From the NCBI GenBank assembly GCA_038496445.1, contig JALMLS010000093.1, positions 558,001 through 622,000 on the forward strand: DNA of 64,000 nucleotides, read 5' to 3'. The notes under the pieces are model-generated. The model made no database searches and was not told the DNA's origin. It worked only from the letters and a program-made list of their open reading frames with translations. The position numbers were made by a program, and so were the translations under genes. Source of the stretch: Trichosphaerium sp. ATCC 40318. Lineage: Eukaryota > Protista > Tubulinea. Positions 25,605-39,268 of the stretch are shown in pieces. Within the stretch, counting starts at the first letter, position 1. Every line of letters starts with the position of its first letter.

Positions 25605-26375
25605 ATGGGTGTTGCCTTTGACATGGTTTTATTTGGCCTAGCAAGTACTATATCTAATCCTAGGCGCTGGACAGCCAGGAAAGCTTCAAATAGTAGAAGG
25701 AACAATAAGAGACAGCGTAACAAGTCAAACAGAAAGCAGACGATAGTATTTCATGTACAACCACCAAAACGGCCAAAACTGGTTGAGAACATAAGCAGTC
25801 TTTTCGTTACTCTACCTAATGCAGTGATACATCGTCTAAGTCACTATGTGCATATGAACAGTGTCGAAGATCTCATGGCTTTGAGCCTATTAACAAAACG
25901 CTTAAATAAGCTCCTCAGGGTACGCAATGAATGTAACCTTTTGATACAGCTATTTCTATTTTGATTTTTTTGGGGTTCAAAGTATTTGACTTTTCACGCC
26001 ACTTTGCGTCTTGCCTACAGAATGACTTTCTCAAGTGTATGCCACTGAGACATGTCAATCTTGTAGTCTTATGTTTGTTGTAAATACGCCTGCAGTCCAC
26101 GTGTTTTTTGACACAAGCACACTGAAAATTTGACAACTAATCTTACTTTAGAAGTCACTTTTAGTATTGAACTCAGGAGCCAAGTGTACAGACTTTATCG
26201 AAAAAGATGGCACATCATCACCCAAGTTACCTCCCAATACATGCGAGGAATTACTATGAGAACAAACGAAACCAAACTGTATAATACAAACCTTAGCAAA
26301 AAAATTGTGAGAAAATATCGCAAAACAAATCACTTGTTGGGGATCCGTCTTTACCCCGAAAAAACCATCCAATGA
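25605..26375 (+). CDS. F-box-like protein with basic N-terminus
   Basis: LFVTLPNAVIHRLSHYV..DLMALSLLTKRLNKL is followed by a GTACGC donor. The downstream exon ends LYPEKTIQ*. Joins are uncertain. Confidence 0.5.
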
Positions 26376-26449
26376 TCTGCAACTACAAAAACTTGTGGTT
26401 TTAGACGTATAAAACAAATTCTACAAGAGTTGTGTGTGGGCATTATTGT

Positions 26450-27320
26450 TTATTCGCAAAGAATTGAGAAAGCAATGTTTTTACCACCATCTTTTCTCAC
26501 AACACAGTTTCCGAGATCTTGATGAACAAGTTGGTAGTATGGCTTCTTACAGGCTTCGTCATCGCTAAAGTACTTTGCTTCTACAGCCTAGAAATATTCT
26601 AAGTACTAGAAAGTCAGAAGATGTGTTAGGGTGACGTACAACCATGAAATCAGAGTCACATCCAGTGAAGAAATATTCGTTACCGAATCTTTCTTTTAAG
26701 CACGTGTTTGTCTTTGTGATACTTCTATGTGTTGGTTCACCGGAACATACTTCTTCGTTTTGGAATGTTCTAAAATCTAATTGTTTACCGCCAGTAGGGA
26801 AAGGAGAGAAGTCTAAAGAAGGAAGTAAGGCCAGAAGGGAAAACATTTTGTGAAAAATCTTTGTTTATAAAAAAGCACGTGCCGTCAGAGCAAGAGTACA
26901 TAGCGAACTTCTGGAGGAGCTTATCGAAGTGGCATGTGTTCATTGGGATTAATTCAGTGTGGTGTGGACCTAAAGAGATGTTGAAAGGCGGAACAGAGAG
27001 TGAGAGGGAAGAAGAATTGGAAGGCAAGGAAAAAATAACGAACCTGTACAGTTTTCTTGTTTGTAAACGGCACGTGCTACTTCTGAAGGCTAAACGTAAA
27101 AAAATTACGGTTGAGGAAATTACAAGGCTCTGAAATGGAGAAGCGGTATGGTACGTACTGTAGCGCAACTCCAGTAGTCTCCATCATGGCATACATCAGG
27201 TGCGTATTCAGCATGGTAAGCGTTAACTTGAGTACATTGAGAGTCTTCAAATGTTTGCTGTACTACAATCTTGCTAAAGACAAGAGCTACTAGAGTGATA
27301 AAAATGAGACAAGCCTTCAT
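26450..27320 (-). CDS. Small secreted Cys-containing repeat protein
   Basis: Signal peptide MKACLIFITLVALVFS. Repeated units QTFEDSQC, RTFQNEEVC and DDEAC. Last exon ends AFSILCE*. Confidence 0.65.
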
Positions 27321-27906
27321 GGTAATGTAAGTAGAAAATTCTGGCTGACGAAATGTGACTGAAGCTTTAAAAAAACCCAAACTGACCAATAAAAACAGAG
27401 ACACTTGTTCATTTTAGCATATGTACATTTGTTATCTACGCGACTGATAATAATAAAGGCAAACTGAAGACTAACAAGGGTAAAAAAGGCGATGCAAAAC
27501 CAGAGTTAGGAGAACTGTGTACGTTGCTGGGAGGCTAGTTAAAAATACCTCTGACCATTCAATTTTGAGTCACGTGACGTGTTAAAACATGCGTAGTTGT
27601 AGATCTTGTAACAGATCAGAATTTACTTCATTGCCAACGGTTCAGTGTCAGGCACGAGGCGAACGCATGCAGGACGCCAAAACGAAAAGAGTTAAGCGGC
27701 AAACCACCAACTTACGGCATTAAAAGCCAAATGGTCCCTTTTAGAAGCAATTAGAAGTACAGCGTGCTGAATACAACGCGTTTACGCAGGACGGATCATT
27801 AAATCTCTTGTTGGAGTATATAGCAACACTAATGCGCTCAAGGAAAGAATATCGAGCGTATTCGATAAAGAATAAGCGTTTTAAAGCAAAAACCAATGAA
27901 ATTGAC

Positions 27907-28974
27907 ATGAAATTACCTCGTTGGCTTTATCTCGCTCCATTGATATTCTGCAGCGTTGGTTTTACTCTTGCTATATTTACAGTTATGGTACAAACATCTA
28001 AAGACGTCGTTCTGCCAGATTGCGTCAAAATAGAAAAAGTAAGCAATGTTTTTTTGTCAACAAAACAAGTTTGACTGATGTGTTTGTTCTTACGCTCGTA
28101 GGCTACCGCATTTCGCTGTTATTTGCATCAAACTATTGTATTAGTACTCAGTAGTGATAAATTTTATAATACACGTGCAAAAATTGCAAATAACACGTGG
28201 GTTAGACAAGCAAGAGCTCTTGGGATGAAAGTTGTATTCTTTGGAGAATCAAAAAATAACTATCTCCCTGCAGTTGCGTTATGTCCTCCAGGAGAAGACA
28301 AAAAAAATTGGGAAGGGCGAGCCGGTATGATAGTTAAAGTAAAACATCAAACTAATCGAACCATAGGCTCCGGTAACTTCAAGAGAACTTTCAAGGCACT
28401 TTCTTATGTTAAAGATAGATACAAAGATATGAAGTACATTATCAAACTTGATGATGACTCTTTTCTTCATCCGTATGTTTCCTTTCCCCTTGAAATTAAG
28501 ATATATCCTTAGCTGTTTACTTATTTAAAGAATAGTCAAATGCTCGCCAAAGATATTCTTTGTAAAAACAATCCAAATGATCCTCATTATATTGGACAAC
28601 AAGCTATTTCATTTGGTGGTCATATTTTTGCTGGAGGAGGAGCTGGATTTGTCTTATCACGCCCTGCACTTGAGGAACTATTAAAAACAAGGGACAAAGG
28701 AACTTGTAAAGATACAGAAGCCGATGATGTTACAGTTGGTATATGTCTTAAGCAAGCAGGTATGAGAATAATACAAAAGTTTCTGTTGCTTAGTTCTTTT
28801 TTTTTAGGTATTTCTTTGACAAGCCACTGGGGTTTTCACCCTGAACCGCCTGAACCTCCAGGAATACTATGGCAATCTGCACACTATAATGTTTTCGTAA
28901 CATACCACCATGTATCCGTTGCCCAAGCTGAAATTTTAAATAGTACTTCATTTGGGCATTGTAACATAAAATGA
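27907..28974 (+). CDS. GT31 glycosyltransferase (Fringe / core-1 beta-1,3-galactosyltransferase-like), type II membrane protein
   Basis: N-terminal TM helix. NNTWV, YIIKLDDDSF (DxD motif), YIG, FAGGGAGFVLSRPAL, ADDVTVGICL, VTYHHV. Confidence 0.88.
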
Positions 28975-29186
28975 AATTAAACCTGTCTGAATACAAAAAC
29001 GTTTTACATCAATCTTGTGCGCAGCCATGTGCTAGATTACTATATTAGAATTACTGCGGCTACAGTAGGAAGTCGGTTGGTAACCATGGGCATGGTATAG
29101 AGTGATAAGCAGGAAAGCCAACTAATTCTGTTGTTTACTTTAATACATATTTTTATTTTGCAGAAAACGACTTTCATTGATTGAAC

Positions 29187-30067
29187 TCATTCATACACAA
29201 TTGATCCATCTTTATACCATTTTTTAACCTTTTCTCTTTCTTCAATACCATTCTTATAAATACACACCTCTTTTAATTGACCACCTATATACCAATACTT
29301 ACCCTCACCTTCTTTTTTATTATTCATTAAAAAGTATGTCTCCTTCATATTGCCATTTGGATACCAGCACTTATACTCTTTAAGGTTTTTTTCTATATCA
29401 ACAATAAGACATTCCTTCCATATTAATCCATTCTGAAACCATGACTTATACTCTTCCTTAACATCACACACATAGTTTCTTTTATCCAAAAGTTGTCCTG
29501 AAGCATACCAACACTTATATTCACCTTCCTTTACACCATTGATGTAATAACACGTAGCCATCAACTCACCAGTCTCACGCCAAAAATTATTCTCACCTTC
29601 CTTTAAACCATTAATGTACGTACAATTCTCATAGAGTTGACCATTGTTATACCAGTACTTATAGTCTCCTTCCTTTAAGTTCTCTTTAAAGTTGTATTGC
29701 TCCCTTATTTGTCCACCAAAGTACCAAGATTTGAATAATCCATGTCGCTTACCATGTTTCCAATGTACTTGATGTATAATATGCGATTCTTGAGCATCTG
29801 GTTCTGAGAATTTGATAACTTTTCTTTCTTTTAGCCATTTCCCGTGTTTCCTTAGTTTGTTATCAAAGCGACTTGTTGTAGCTGTATATCTTGATAATAA
29901 CGGCCAGCATAAATACGCTTCAAAGTCTAAATCTATAATATCAAGCTGTAACTCCATAGGAAGCTCTAGTAGACCGCAAAATGAATATTCAGGCGTATTT
30001 GACTATAATTGCTGGTTAGCAGTGTAGCGTTGTCGTTAAACACTCGCACTTTATTTGTAGTTATCAT
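29187..30067 (-). CDS. F-box-like + MORN-variant (MORN_2/YwqK-like) repeat protein
   Basis: Repeats of about 24 aa, e.g. NGLKEGENNFWRETGEL and NGVKEGEYKCWYASGQL. A short upstream exon (ATG at 30067, MITTNK, intron gtgcg..gctaac..tatag) extends the ORF to give LLELPMELQLDII. Confidence 0.85.
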
Positions 30068-30216
30068 GGTCGGTTAAATCAAGCGCTTATTGTAGTTTCC
30101 TATCCGCTAGTGAGAATTGTAGTCAAATATGGCCACGAATAATATTCGCTGATTCACAGAATCAAAAACGTATTCTGTTTGACACAACTTAATGAATTTC
30201 AGAAGTGAAAACCATC

Positions 30217-31187
30217 ATGAAAGGCTTCTTTGGTTTAGTTTCAGTTGCATCGATTCTGTTTGCATTTGCAACAGCGTCTAACATCGATACACAGTATTGT
30301 CGTACCAATTGTACCGATAACAGCGATTGCTACTCTGGAGATCGATACTACAATCCTTGCACATTATGTGGGCGTTCAGGTCGCTGTGAGCCAATGTGTG
30401 GTGCTAGTTGTCGTGCAGACGGTGACTGTAGAACACCTTCAGGCGGTAACCCTTGTAATCAATGCGTTGACAACAAGTGTGTTAATAGAATGCCTCTATG
30501 CGGTTCTTTTTGTGGCGGCACAGATTCTTCCTGTAGAATCAATGGAACTGGTGCTTGCGCTGGCGACGGGTCATGCTGTACATGCTCTCGCAATGAAACA
30601 AGAGGTTGTGTATCAGGCGGTGAGCCGCCAAGTCCAAGTGTTTGCGGTGAATTTTGTTCCGGTTCTGGGCAATGTGCAAAAGACGCGAAATGCACACAAT
30701 GTGTTGGATATTATTGTTCTCCTCCAGCAAAGTGTGGTCAGGTATGTAGTCGGCATGGCAATGCCTTTTCAGATCTCTAACAAGAGCAAAGAATGGTGTA
30801 AACTAATTGTTTTATCAGGTTTGTCTTGGATCTGGACAGTGTAAAATGAATGGTGATTCATGTGGTAGCTGTATTGGCGGTCTATGCGATAAATGTCGTG
30901 GCTGTGGCGCCAGTTGTGGTCAAGATTCTTGGTGCTGTGCCAACAGTTGCGGTGTTTGTGGTATGTTTGCTACATGTGTGAGCTCACACGTGTGGGAAGA
31001 ACAACTTGAACACCATAGACAATTAGGAGATTTGGAAGAAGTTCTTGAACAAACACGAAGAGCTAAACAAGCTATTCTAATGGCTTCTATTAAAAGCAAA
31101 AGTTATGGTGATAACGATGATATGGAAATGGAAGCAGTTAAGAAAGAAGCCCTAGCTAAATATCTTAACAATCAAGACGAGTTGTAG
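30217..31187 (+). CDS. Secreted Cys-rich repeat protein with a helical/charged C-terminal tail; 2 exons
   Basis: Signal peptide MKGFFGLVSVASILFAFATA. About six units of the form CGxxCxxxxxC...CxxCxxxxC. One intron near 30742-30817. Tail WEEQLEHHRQLGDLEE...NNQDEL*. Confidence 0.8.
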
Positions 31188-31359
31188 GCCAATAAATACA
31201 ATTCTTACCACGTGAATCTTCAAAGACACATTGTGTAAGGTTTGATCTGTCTCGCCTTTAGGCCATTAACAGAAACTCACCCAAACAAAGTAACACGGTT
31301 TCAAAAATTTGGGAGTTGCAAAAGAAAACATGTGTTTCTTTGGTGATATCTGTTTATTT

Positions 31360-31716
31360 TTAGACATTCTTAATTTTGAGCCCTTTCTCTACAGTACAGT
31401 CCATAGTACCACTATCGCCATCGTTCCTTGTTGAACTGCTTGTCCTTCCAACAACAACAGTGGCAGTAACAGAATAACCGTCTTGCTCTTTTTTAAGGTC
31501 CAAAACGAACTCAGGGAAAGCGTAGTTGTCTGTGCCAGCGATTTTACTGCCTTTGATAGTAGTTTCATCACAATCTACAGCGCCAGAATCGTTATTATAC
31601 TCAAAGTCGTCACAATACGTTATTCTTGCTGTATCGTCACTCAACAGTTCAATTATTGTACTTGAACCGTATCCAGAGAATACTGAACTGCAGCTACCTT
31701 TGGCTATTGTTGTCAT
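31360..31716 (-). CDS. 118-aa protein of unknown function, probably beta-rich, intronless
   Basis: Clean ATG-to-TAA ORF with coding-like composition; no family recognised. Confidence 0.65.
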   Translation of the reverse strand: MTTIAKGSCSSVFSGYGSSTIIELLSDDTARITYCDDFEYNNDSGAVDCDETTIKGSKIAGTDNYAFPEFVLDLKKEQDGYSVTATVVVGRTSSSTRNDGDSGTMDCTVEKGLKIKNV

Positions 31717-32474
31717 ACTGTTGTATGTTGTTTGGAAGTAGTTTTACTGATTTAAGCTTATGTGCAAAAATCCTCGCGAGGAATTTCATGACCAAATTGC
31801 AAACCTTTCTGTGAACAATTTCCATCCCAAAAATGGCTATGTGCCACTACCAAAAATACTCATTTTTAATGTCTGATCATAAGGGCCGAAACACAACAAA
31901 TGGTGAAGAGCTTTCGAACAAGTGTTACCTTTTTTGTAGAAGCGCTAGGAGCTATATTTCAATTAAAAGATGGTACCTTTGCTCAAAATGAACATTTTAT
32001 TTATGGTGTTGCTTGTCACGCTTAGGAGACTGATAAGACCTCATTCACGTTGAAGATTCACATAAAGGATTACTCACATTTATGAGTTCATTCTCAACCT
32101 TCATGAGGATAGCTCATGAGATCATTCATGAGATTTTAACCTACCTAAACAGATATCTTAAAACCTAATATTGCTTGCTGTAGGGTAATCGAACTGTTCA
32201 GAATAGTTGCCTATTGCAAAAAAAAACATAGTACATTTTCGTTTATTGTTTTACAACTTGACACTATGTAACTAGCGTAGACTGTTATTCCGAACTTATA
32301 AAGGACACAGCTACGTTTTTATAAAGTGGATGTTTTTAGTTTTTTTTTACAAAGTGGTGGTAGTTCTACACCGGTCAACAAACTACATGTTCTTTTTTTT
32401 TTTTTTTTTTTTGGACGTTTTCTTCTTCTTGTCTATCTGCAGACAATAATATCGGGTTTTTTTTGGTAGTAGTA

Positions 32475-35400
32475 TTATCTACTTTCTAGGTGAGCTTGTA
32501 TTCTGTTGTAGCACAACAGAACATCTAAGTGTTTCTTTTACAGTTATAATAACTCTATCAAGTATTTTTGCTAACTTGACTTGATTTTCCATATTAAAGC
32601 GATCAGGAAGAAGTGTTCTTGTTGTAGTTATAACTTCCAATGCAGATCCTTTAAGCTTTTCAATAGCCCCACGTAACTTATTAATCTAAAACAGAGTTAA
32701 AAATGTTAAAATCGTGGAGCAAGGAGAGACCTCCTTCACAATGTTTTCAAAGAAAAAAGCAAGAAAATTTTTTTCAAGTTAATCAAATATAAACGTACGT
32801 GTTCTATTGCTCCTTGTGGTTTGTTGTCAGTTAATTGTGAATCAGGATGTGTATTTAATATAATATCAATCTTCTTAAGAGCATCTGATGCCTTTGAGGC
32901 GAACTGGACCAGTGTTTCATATGTACAGTTCTGATCAGTAAAAGAATTTATCATATCCTGCACAGGACGTAATAGTTCAAGTGCAGTAAGTTTAATCAAC
33001 TTGCTAATTGACACTGACTTGTCAATCTTAAAAATAAGCTTAGGACCCTTTGGTCGTCTTGTAGGAGAAGCTGCACGTTTTACACGTGTTGTAGCACGAA
33101 CAACTTGACCATAAGGTTCATCATCTATTAAATAATAAGAAACCAATGTAAATGGCACAAGAATAAAGTTGTTTTAGAGAACATACGTATAGGTATTGTT
33201 AATTTAAAAGGACTGTCTTTTATCAACCTTCCATTTGCTTTTGCGATGATATGATATTCACCAGTAGCTTTAGGCTTCCACATTACAGTAAAAGCTCCAT
33301 CTTTATTTTTGACAACATTCACCTTTGAAGAACAGTTAGTAAACGTCCAAGAACCAAATCTAACCAAGAGCACAAAAAGACTAGTACCTCAGGCTGTGGT
33401 AACCTAACAATGTTGACAGATATGTCATCAAGTGCAGCAGACTTTACTATCGATCCAGAAGGACCTCTTGGTGTAATAAAAAACAACGAAGCTATAAAAC
33501 ATGAGTTAATATATGTCTTTTTTCAAGTTTCTCTCTTGTTTCTTTTGACGTACGTGCTGCACTTCCCACTTTGATCTTGGAGCCATCAAGTCCGTGTCCA
33601 AGGGCAGTAGTGTTTTCAGGAGAGATTCTCGCACCTGAAAACTCTCTTTCAACCTTTTGGTAACTATCTTCTCTCTTAGGCGCTGCAGCTGCAGTTGCAT
33701 TATTTCTTTCGCTTGCGACTGATAAATCGTTTTGTAGTTTTGCGATTTGTCTTCGTGATTTCTTTCCACTCTCGTTTGCTTGGGTAAGCTTCTTTTGAGT
33801 CAACTCTAATTTTTCTTTCAGTCTAGCTTCTCCTCTCTACAATTTTGTTGTAAGCATACAAAGAGTAGGAGCAATGAGCGAGTACTGGCATGATTTTGTT
33901 CAATAATAAAATAACGTAAAAGTTTGGTATCTACTTGACGTACGCCAAGTTCTTTAGCTTGAGTTTCTGCAACTTCAGCTCTCTTTGCGTGCTTCCTTCC
34001 AATCTCAACAGCTCTTAAAGAACAAATTAACGATTGCACATAAGGAGGTATAACATACCTTTCAAGCTTCTCCTTCACAGTAGTAGCAATAGCGCTGAAT
34101 GATATGGTGCTGTTTTGAGCTTCTTCCAATTGTTTCTAAACAAGTCAGGCTTATAGCAAGTTAAGTCAGACAAGAATACCTTTAATTCAGCCATTTGTTT
34201 AGCATCGTTCTCTCCTGCAATTTCAAGTTGTTTCATTAGATCATTTATCTTTTGTCTATCTTGTTTAGCCTTATTTGCGGCGTTTTTGACTTGATTCTTT
34301 AATGTAGCAGAATTCTTTCTGGCTTGGCTGAGATCTTTCTTTGTTTGGCTGTAACGCCCTTGTAATGCACGCATACTACGTTGAGTATCTTCGAGCTGTT
34401 GTTGCCACTTAGCAGCGAGTTCTTTTTCTTGAAGTAACTCTGCACTTGCAGTTTTTAATTCTCCTTCAACTTGAACTCGTTTTAACGTTTCCTGGTGCAA
34501 TGACGCTTGTAAATCCTTAACCAGGCTGCTTTCAGCTTCTTTTGGAGATTCTTTGGTTTGTTCATCCTCTGTAGGAGCTGCTTTAAAGTCTAAAAGTGTA
34601 TAAGCAGAAGTACAGCAAATAAAAAAAAGAAATGACAGAAGTCATTGTCGTGACGTACTGGGGATGTACATTTTAAATAGGTTATCCCTTACTTTAAGAT
34701 TATATGAACCTCGTCTCATAGGATAGAACTGAACATCAAATGCTCCATCTCTATTACCAACCTGAGCACGAATTTCCTGATCACCTAAAATTCCATTTAA
34801 AAAAAACAATAAAAACAGTCAGGATTTCAAACTACCTAGCACAGCAACAATATCAAGTGCTTCCGCTTGAATACGCAAATCGGCATCATCAGATGTAGGT
34901 CCAATATTGAAACTCTTAGATATCCTCTCAGGGGCCTCTATTGAGTAAAACATTTAATGTTTCACAAAACAAAGAAAAACAATAAAAACATCAATTTACC
35001 TCTAGGCTCACAAATTACTGTGAAAGGGCTTCCAGGGATAGACTGACGCCTAATTTTGACAGATATCTTATATTCACCGTAACGTGGTGGCTCCCATTCT
35101 ACATCGAAGCTCCCTAAAAGGAAAGTAAGATTTCTAAAAGCAGAAGAAGAATTCTAAAAAACTTGCAACGCCTTTTAACACATACCATCCTCGTTATCAT
35201 GAATCAAAGGTTCTTCAGTAAAAGTACCACCATCGAAATACCCGTGACAAGTGACTTGGAGGGCAGTCATAGAAAGGCGAAATGAAGCATGATTTCTCAT
35301 ATTTTGTGGTTCTACCTAAAGACGCATTTGAGCGTAAGATCTTGTGTACCGGCTACGTACAGTAAAGAAGTTGGGTTCTTTTATTTTGACTTTTGCGCTT

Positions 35401-35752
35401 TCCAACCCTGAGCCCCAAGCTATGTAATTCTCTGGTTTTGTATTTTTCCACTTCTCTTCAATGCGTGGGTCTACGGTAAAGCGAACATGCTTTCTGCCTT
35501 TGGGTTTTGTATTTGTTGGCGAACTTTGTCATTGTTTAGCGCATGTACAACATTCTGTCGGCGTACTTGCTGGAATCCATGCCCCAGTCTGCAAGAATAT
35601 CGTCGAACTCGCTAAAGTCCATAGCATCGTCTTCCCACCCATCGTTTGCCTTTTTTATCGTTGCTGAAACATAGAGTTAAACGGAAAGTCTAAACGATAA
35701 AAAACGGTGTATTTTTATGCAGCCCGCTATTAAAATGCGCCGTACTGGACAT
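32475..35752 (-). CDS. Filamin-repeat (Ig-FLMN x3) protein with central coiled coil and C-terminal helical bundle
   Basis: Filamin motifs PENYIAWGSGLE, DNEDG.FDVEWEPPRYGEYKISVKIRRQSIPGSPFTV, NRDGAFDVQFYPMRRGSYNLKV and NKDGAFTVMWKPKATGEYHIIAKANGRLIKDSPF. Coiled coil at 33700-34520. Confidence 0.85.
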
Positions 35753-35954
35753 TTCGCTAGCGTTTGATTACTTGGGCCAAAAAAGTCAAGTGTCCTTTAT
35801 TAATTCGTCTGTAAACACGTAGCGTGACCAAATGAAAGCGACGGTGTGACGCACCGTGCTCAATTTTTACTTTCTTGCTGTTTGTAAACTTAACGGGATT
35901 AAGCTCAAATTTAGTTCTCGTTAGTTCTTTTGTGCGCTGAACCCTCGCTTTTTA

Positions 35955-38900
35955 ATGGATAAAGAAGTAAACCAGAGTACGTAAAACATTGCCAATCATA
36001 GCTTTGCGTATTGTTAGAATCGTGTTATTGATACACTGGGTAGCATTGGCGCTTGCTGTACAGGATTGGGTTGAAGTATGCGCACTTTCTCGTGTTTCGT
36101 GATATCAACAATAGTTTAGGCGGTCACTGGAGACGAAGCTACCGGTGGTACTTTTGTGGGGTATCTTGCAGATGGCACGACATTAGTGAATCTTGTCAAA
36201 AAGCTCGGAGCACCTATCACTTTCAGTATACCGAATGCTGGTACGCTATTGCGCAATTTTCCGCTTATCACGCAAATTTAAAGATTGTTAACAGTCGGAG
36301 AAGGTAATAGTAAGGATGTGCGGTTAGTCGTCAGTATACAGGACTTTACGCGTGCTTGTATGGTGCTAGGTATCCCAAAGGAAGATTTGTTTACATTACG
36401 CGATATGCGCAACGAGAAGCTTCATAAGGTAATAAATCGTTACTGCACTATCGCTTACAGCGTTTCGCAAAGATTGTACACACTTTGCACGTACTAGCGG
36501 AATACTACGGCTCAGTACCAAACTACAAAGGACCCAAACTATCTGAGTTTCTACGAACACGTCAAGAAACGGCAAAGGTACATGTGGACGAATAAATTGG
36601 AACAACCGCGAAAATTCAAAAAAAAAATAACGTTATGTTCCTTAGGTTGCTACTACTACAAGGCCAAGAGCTGCTAGTAAATCAAAAAAACATGGTACAT
36701 TAAAAGGCATGTTTAGAAACAAAGATAAGAAAAAAACAAGCGCAGATACCGAAACTAGAGACTCTCGTGCCATGACTGCGCCACCAGTTCCATCGGACGA
36801 TTTGGTAATTAGTTTTTACATTAAATATAAAAGGAGGCGTTTAACGGAGGTGGTAGGATTATTCTGAACAGCCTAAGAGGAAAAAGAAACGTATAGGCTT
36901 ATGGAGAAGTAAAACAAAGCGTGCGTGTTTGAGAAAACAGGAAAACATCATTTTGGTCCGTTTGATGTTCTAACTTCCTACTAGGTGAGGATAATGATTT
37001 TAAAGTTCAAATATCTATTCCTTCATCTCCAAGAAATAGGAGTGGATCTACAACTCCACAAACGACTCCTAGAGGAACACCAAATCCTGACATGTTTATT
37101 GATAAATCTGTGAAACTTTCTGATCAGACGTTACCAGATGTTCTTTCTGTGGATAAAAGATTCTTATTCTCAGATGAAGAGCTATCAGATGTAGAACCAC
37201 CTCGTACGTATCTTTGACCCTGGCAGTTTTACAAAAATCGTTATGGACAAACCATTTGACAGCTCAAAATTGTCATTTTCTCGATGCTTTTTCATCGTTT
37301 AAACTTGTCCACGACCGCTCAAACAATTTTTTTGGAAAGTGCACTATCATGAACAAGTTGATTTATGAAGTATTTTAAATTCTATATTATTGCAACAGAA
37401 CTAAGAACACCTTTTCTTTGAACCTCAAAAAACTAACTTAAAGAAAATAGCACCTTCTCTATCTGGAAGTGAACTAGACGAGTTAAATAAGCATACAAAA
37501 CCTGATATAGATATAAAACTACCAGAAGACTATGAAGATATTGTTCTTCCTACTATGGCACCATCAGACGAAACAAATAACTTGACTAAACGTTGTGATT
37601 CTGCTTTTGCAGAAAAAATAGAATACGGAAGCAATGTAAACGTTGCAAAGGATTCTATGAATCCAGCTAAGCGTACAGTACCTCTAAATAAGATGAACTC
37701 TTCCCCTGCACTTGTTTTAGGACCTACGGCTAGTGCTACTGCGAATACAGCATTTGCAGCTTGGAGAAGGAAACCAGAAGCATTTATTGAAGAACCAAAA
37801 AACATTAAGACAGAAAAAGCAGAAACAAAAGCAGAAGTTGATTCATCAACTGCTGTTGTTGAAGCAACTGTGCCTAAACCAGTTGTTGTTGTTGATTCTA
37901 CTGAAGAAAAACAGCCTTGTGAGCGTTTAGAATCTACAACTTTTAACGCTTCTACTGATGAAGCTCCTCCAGGTACATTTTTTTTTCAACACTTGCAGCA
38001 TCTTTTTAGTTTGGGCTGACTTGTCATTTAAGAACCTTCTATTTCTGATGAAGATACAGCAAAAGTACCCAAGCTAGATATACCGCTACCTTCTACCGCA
38101 CAAGCAAGGCCTGAACGGTCTGCAACTGTTACTGGAGGTCATGGTACTTATTACATTACAAATTCGCCTGATTTCAAAAGACGTAATGAAAGAGCTACCA
38201 CAACAGGCACAAAAGTGAGCGTTAAAAACTTGGAAGTTGGTTCAAGTAGTACTCCAGATACTACTGGAAGTAGTAGTCCTACAAGTGAATCAAAGCCTAG
38301 ACCTACACCTTCAGAAGCTTTAGCTGTTGCCACAGCACAAAGGAGGAAAAGAGATCGACCTAAAAGAAAGAACAAAAAACAAAAGATTTTTACAAGAAAG
38401 TTTGCTTCACTTAGACGTAAAAAGCCTTCAGAGTCTCGTGCTCATAGAGCACATACTCTAGCAGGTGATACAAACTCTCCTGATATTACAGTATCATTAG
38501 ACACAGATACAACAAAGAAGAAGAAGAATGGACATAAGTATTACTCTCATAAACAATTGACAAGGTTCTTATATAAAATAAGAGCTGGTAAGACAAAAAC
38601 AGGAAGAAGGACTAGTACTGGGAAGAGTACTAATCGTAATATGAACTCTAAATCAGTTTCTATGCCAAAACTTGTAATAGATGATGAGAATGAAGGTCAC
38701 CATTTTGATGTCTCTCATGCACGTACTGGACCTCCTGATATCGATCTTGAAGTCGGTGATGGCGACAATGATAACCAAGAAGATGCTTCTGGGACCTTAG
38801 AGGTTGATGGAGAAGGAGATGGTAAGGAAGAAGCTAACGATGAAGACGACATTGATGCTATTGCTGCCGAAGCTGCTGCAGAGGCAAGTGGTGGTGTTAA

Positions 38901-39036
38901 AGTAGCCGTAGAGGTTGAAGCTAATGTTGAAGATGCTGATGATCCTGATCATGCTGATGAAGAAAATGAGGGGGACGGTGGCTTGATTAAAGTCGAAGCG
39001 GAGGTGGGGATAAAGATTACGAACGATGTACAATAA
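35955..39036 (+). CDS. Calponin-homology (single CH) protein with long low-complexity region and acidic tail
   Basis: Spliced N-terminus AVQDWVEAVTG...FVGYLADGTTLVNLVKKL...SIQDFTRACMVLGIPKEDLFTLRDM...IVHTLHVL matches a calponin-type CH domain. Confidence 0.85.
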
Positions 39037-39268
39037 CAACAAAAAAAAAAAAGAGAAGAAAAAAGAAAAAATTATTAAATTGTAAATTACTCTACTATAC
39101 TGTATTTGTTTTTGACCTCGGTCATGTATAAACAGGGAACTTGTGGCAGAAAATCGAAAACACGTGCTCCAATCTCCGCTACATTGTACGTTGAAGTCGA
39201 CTTTCGTCTTGACTGGCTGTGACTTTTTCGCTTTTTTTTTTTCGTTGTTTGCTACCAAGTGAGCCATC

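Noticed and set aside
30245-30844. 199-aa alternative-frame ORF
   Set aside because: Shadow frame of the Cys-rich gene (TGT codons read as Val); non-ATG start.
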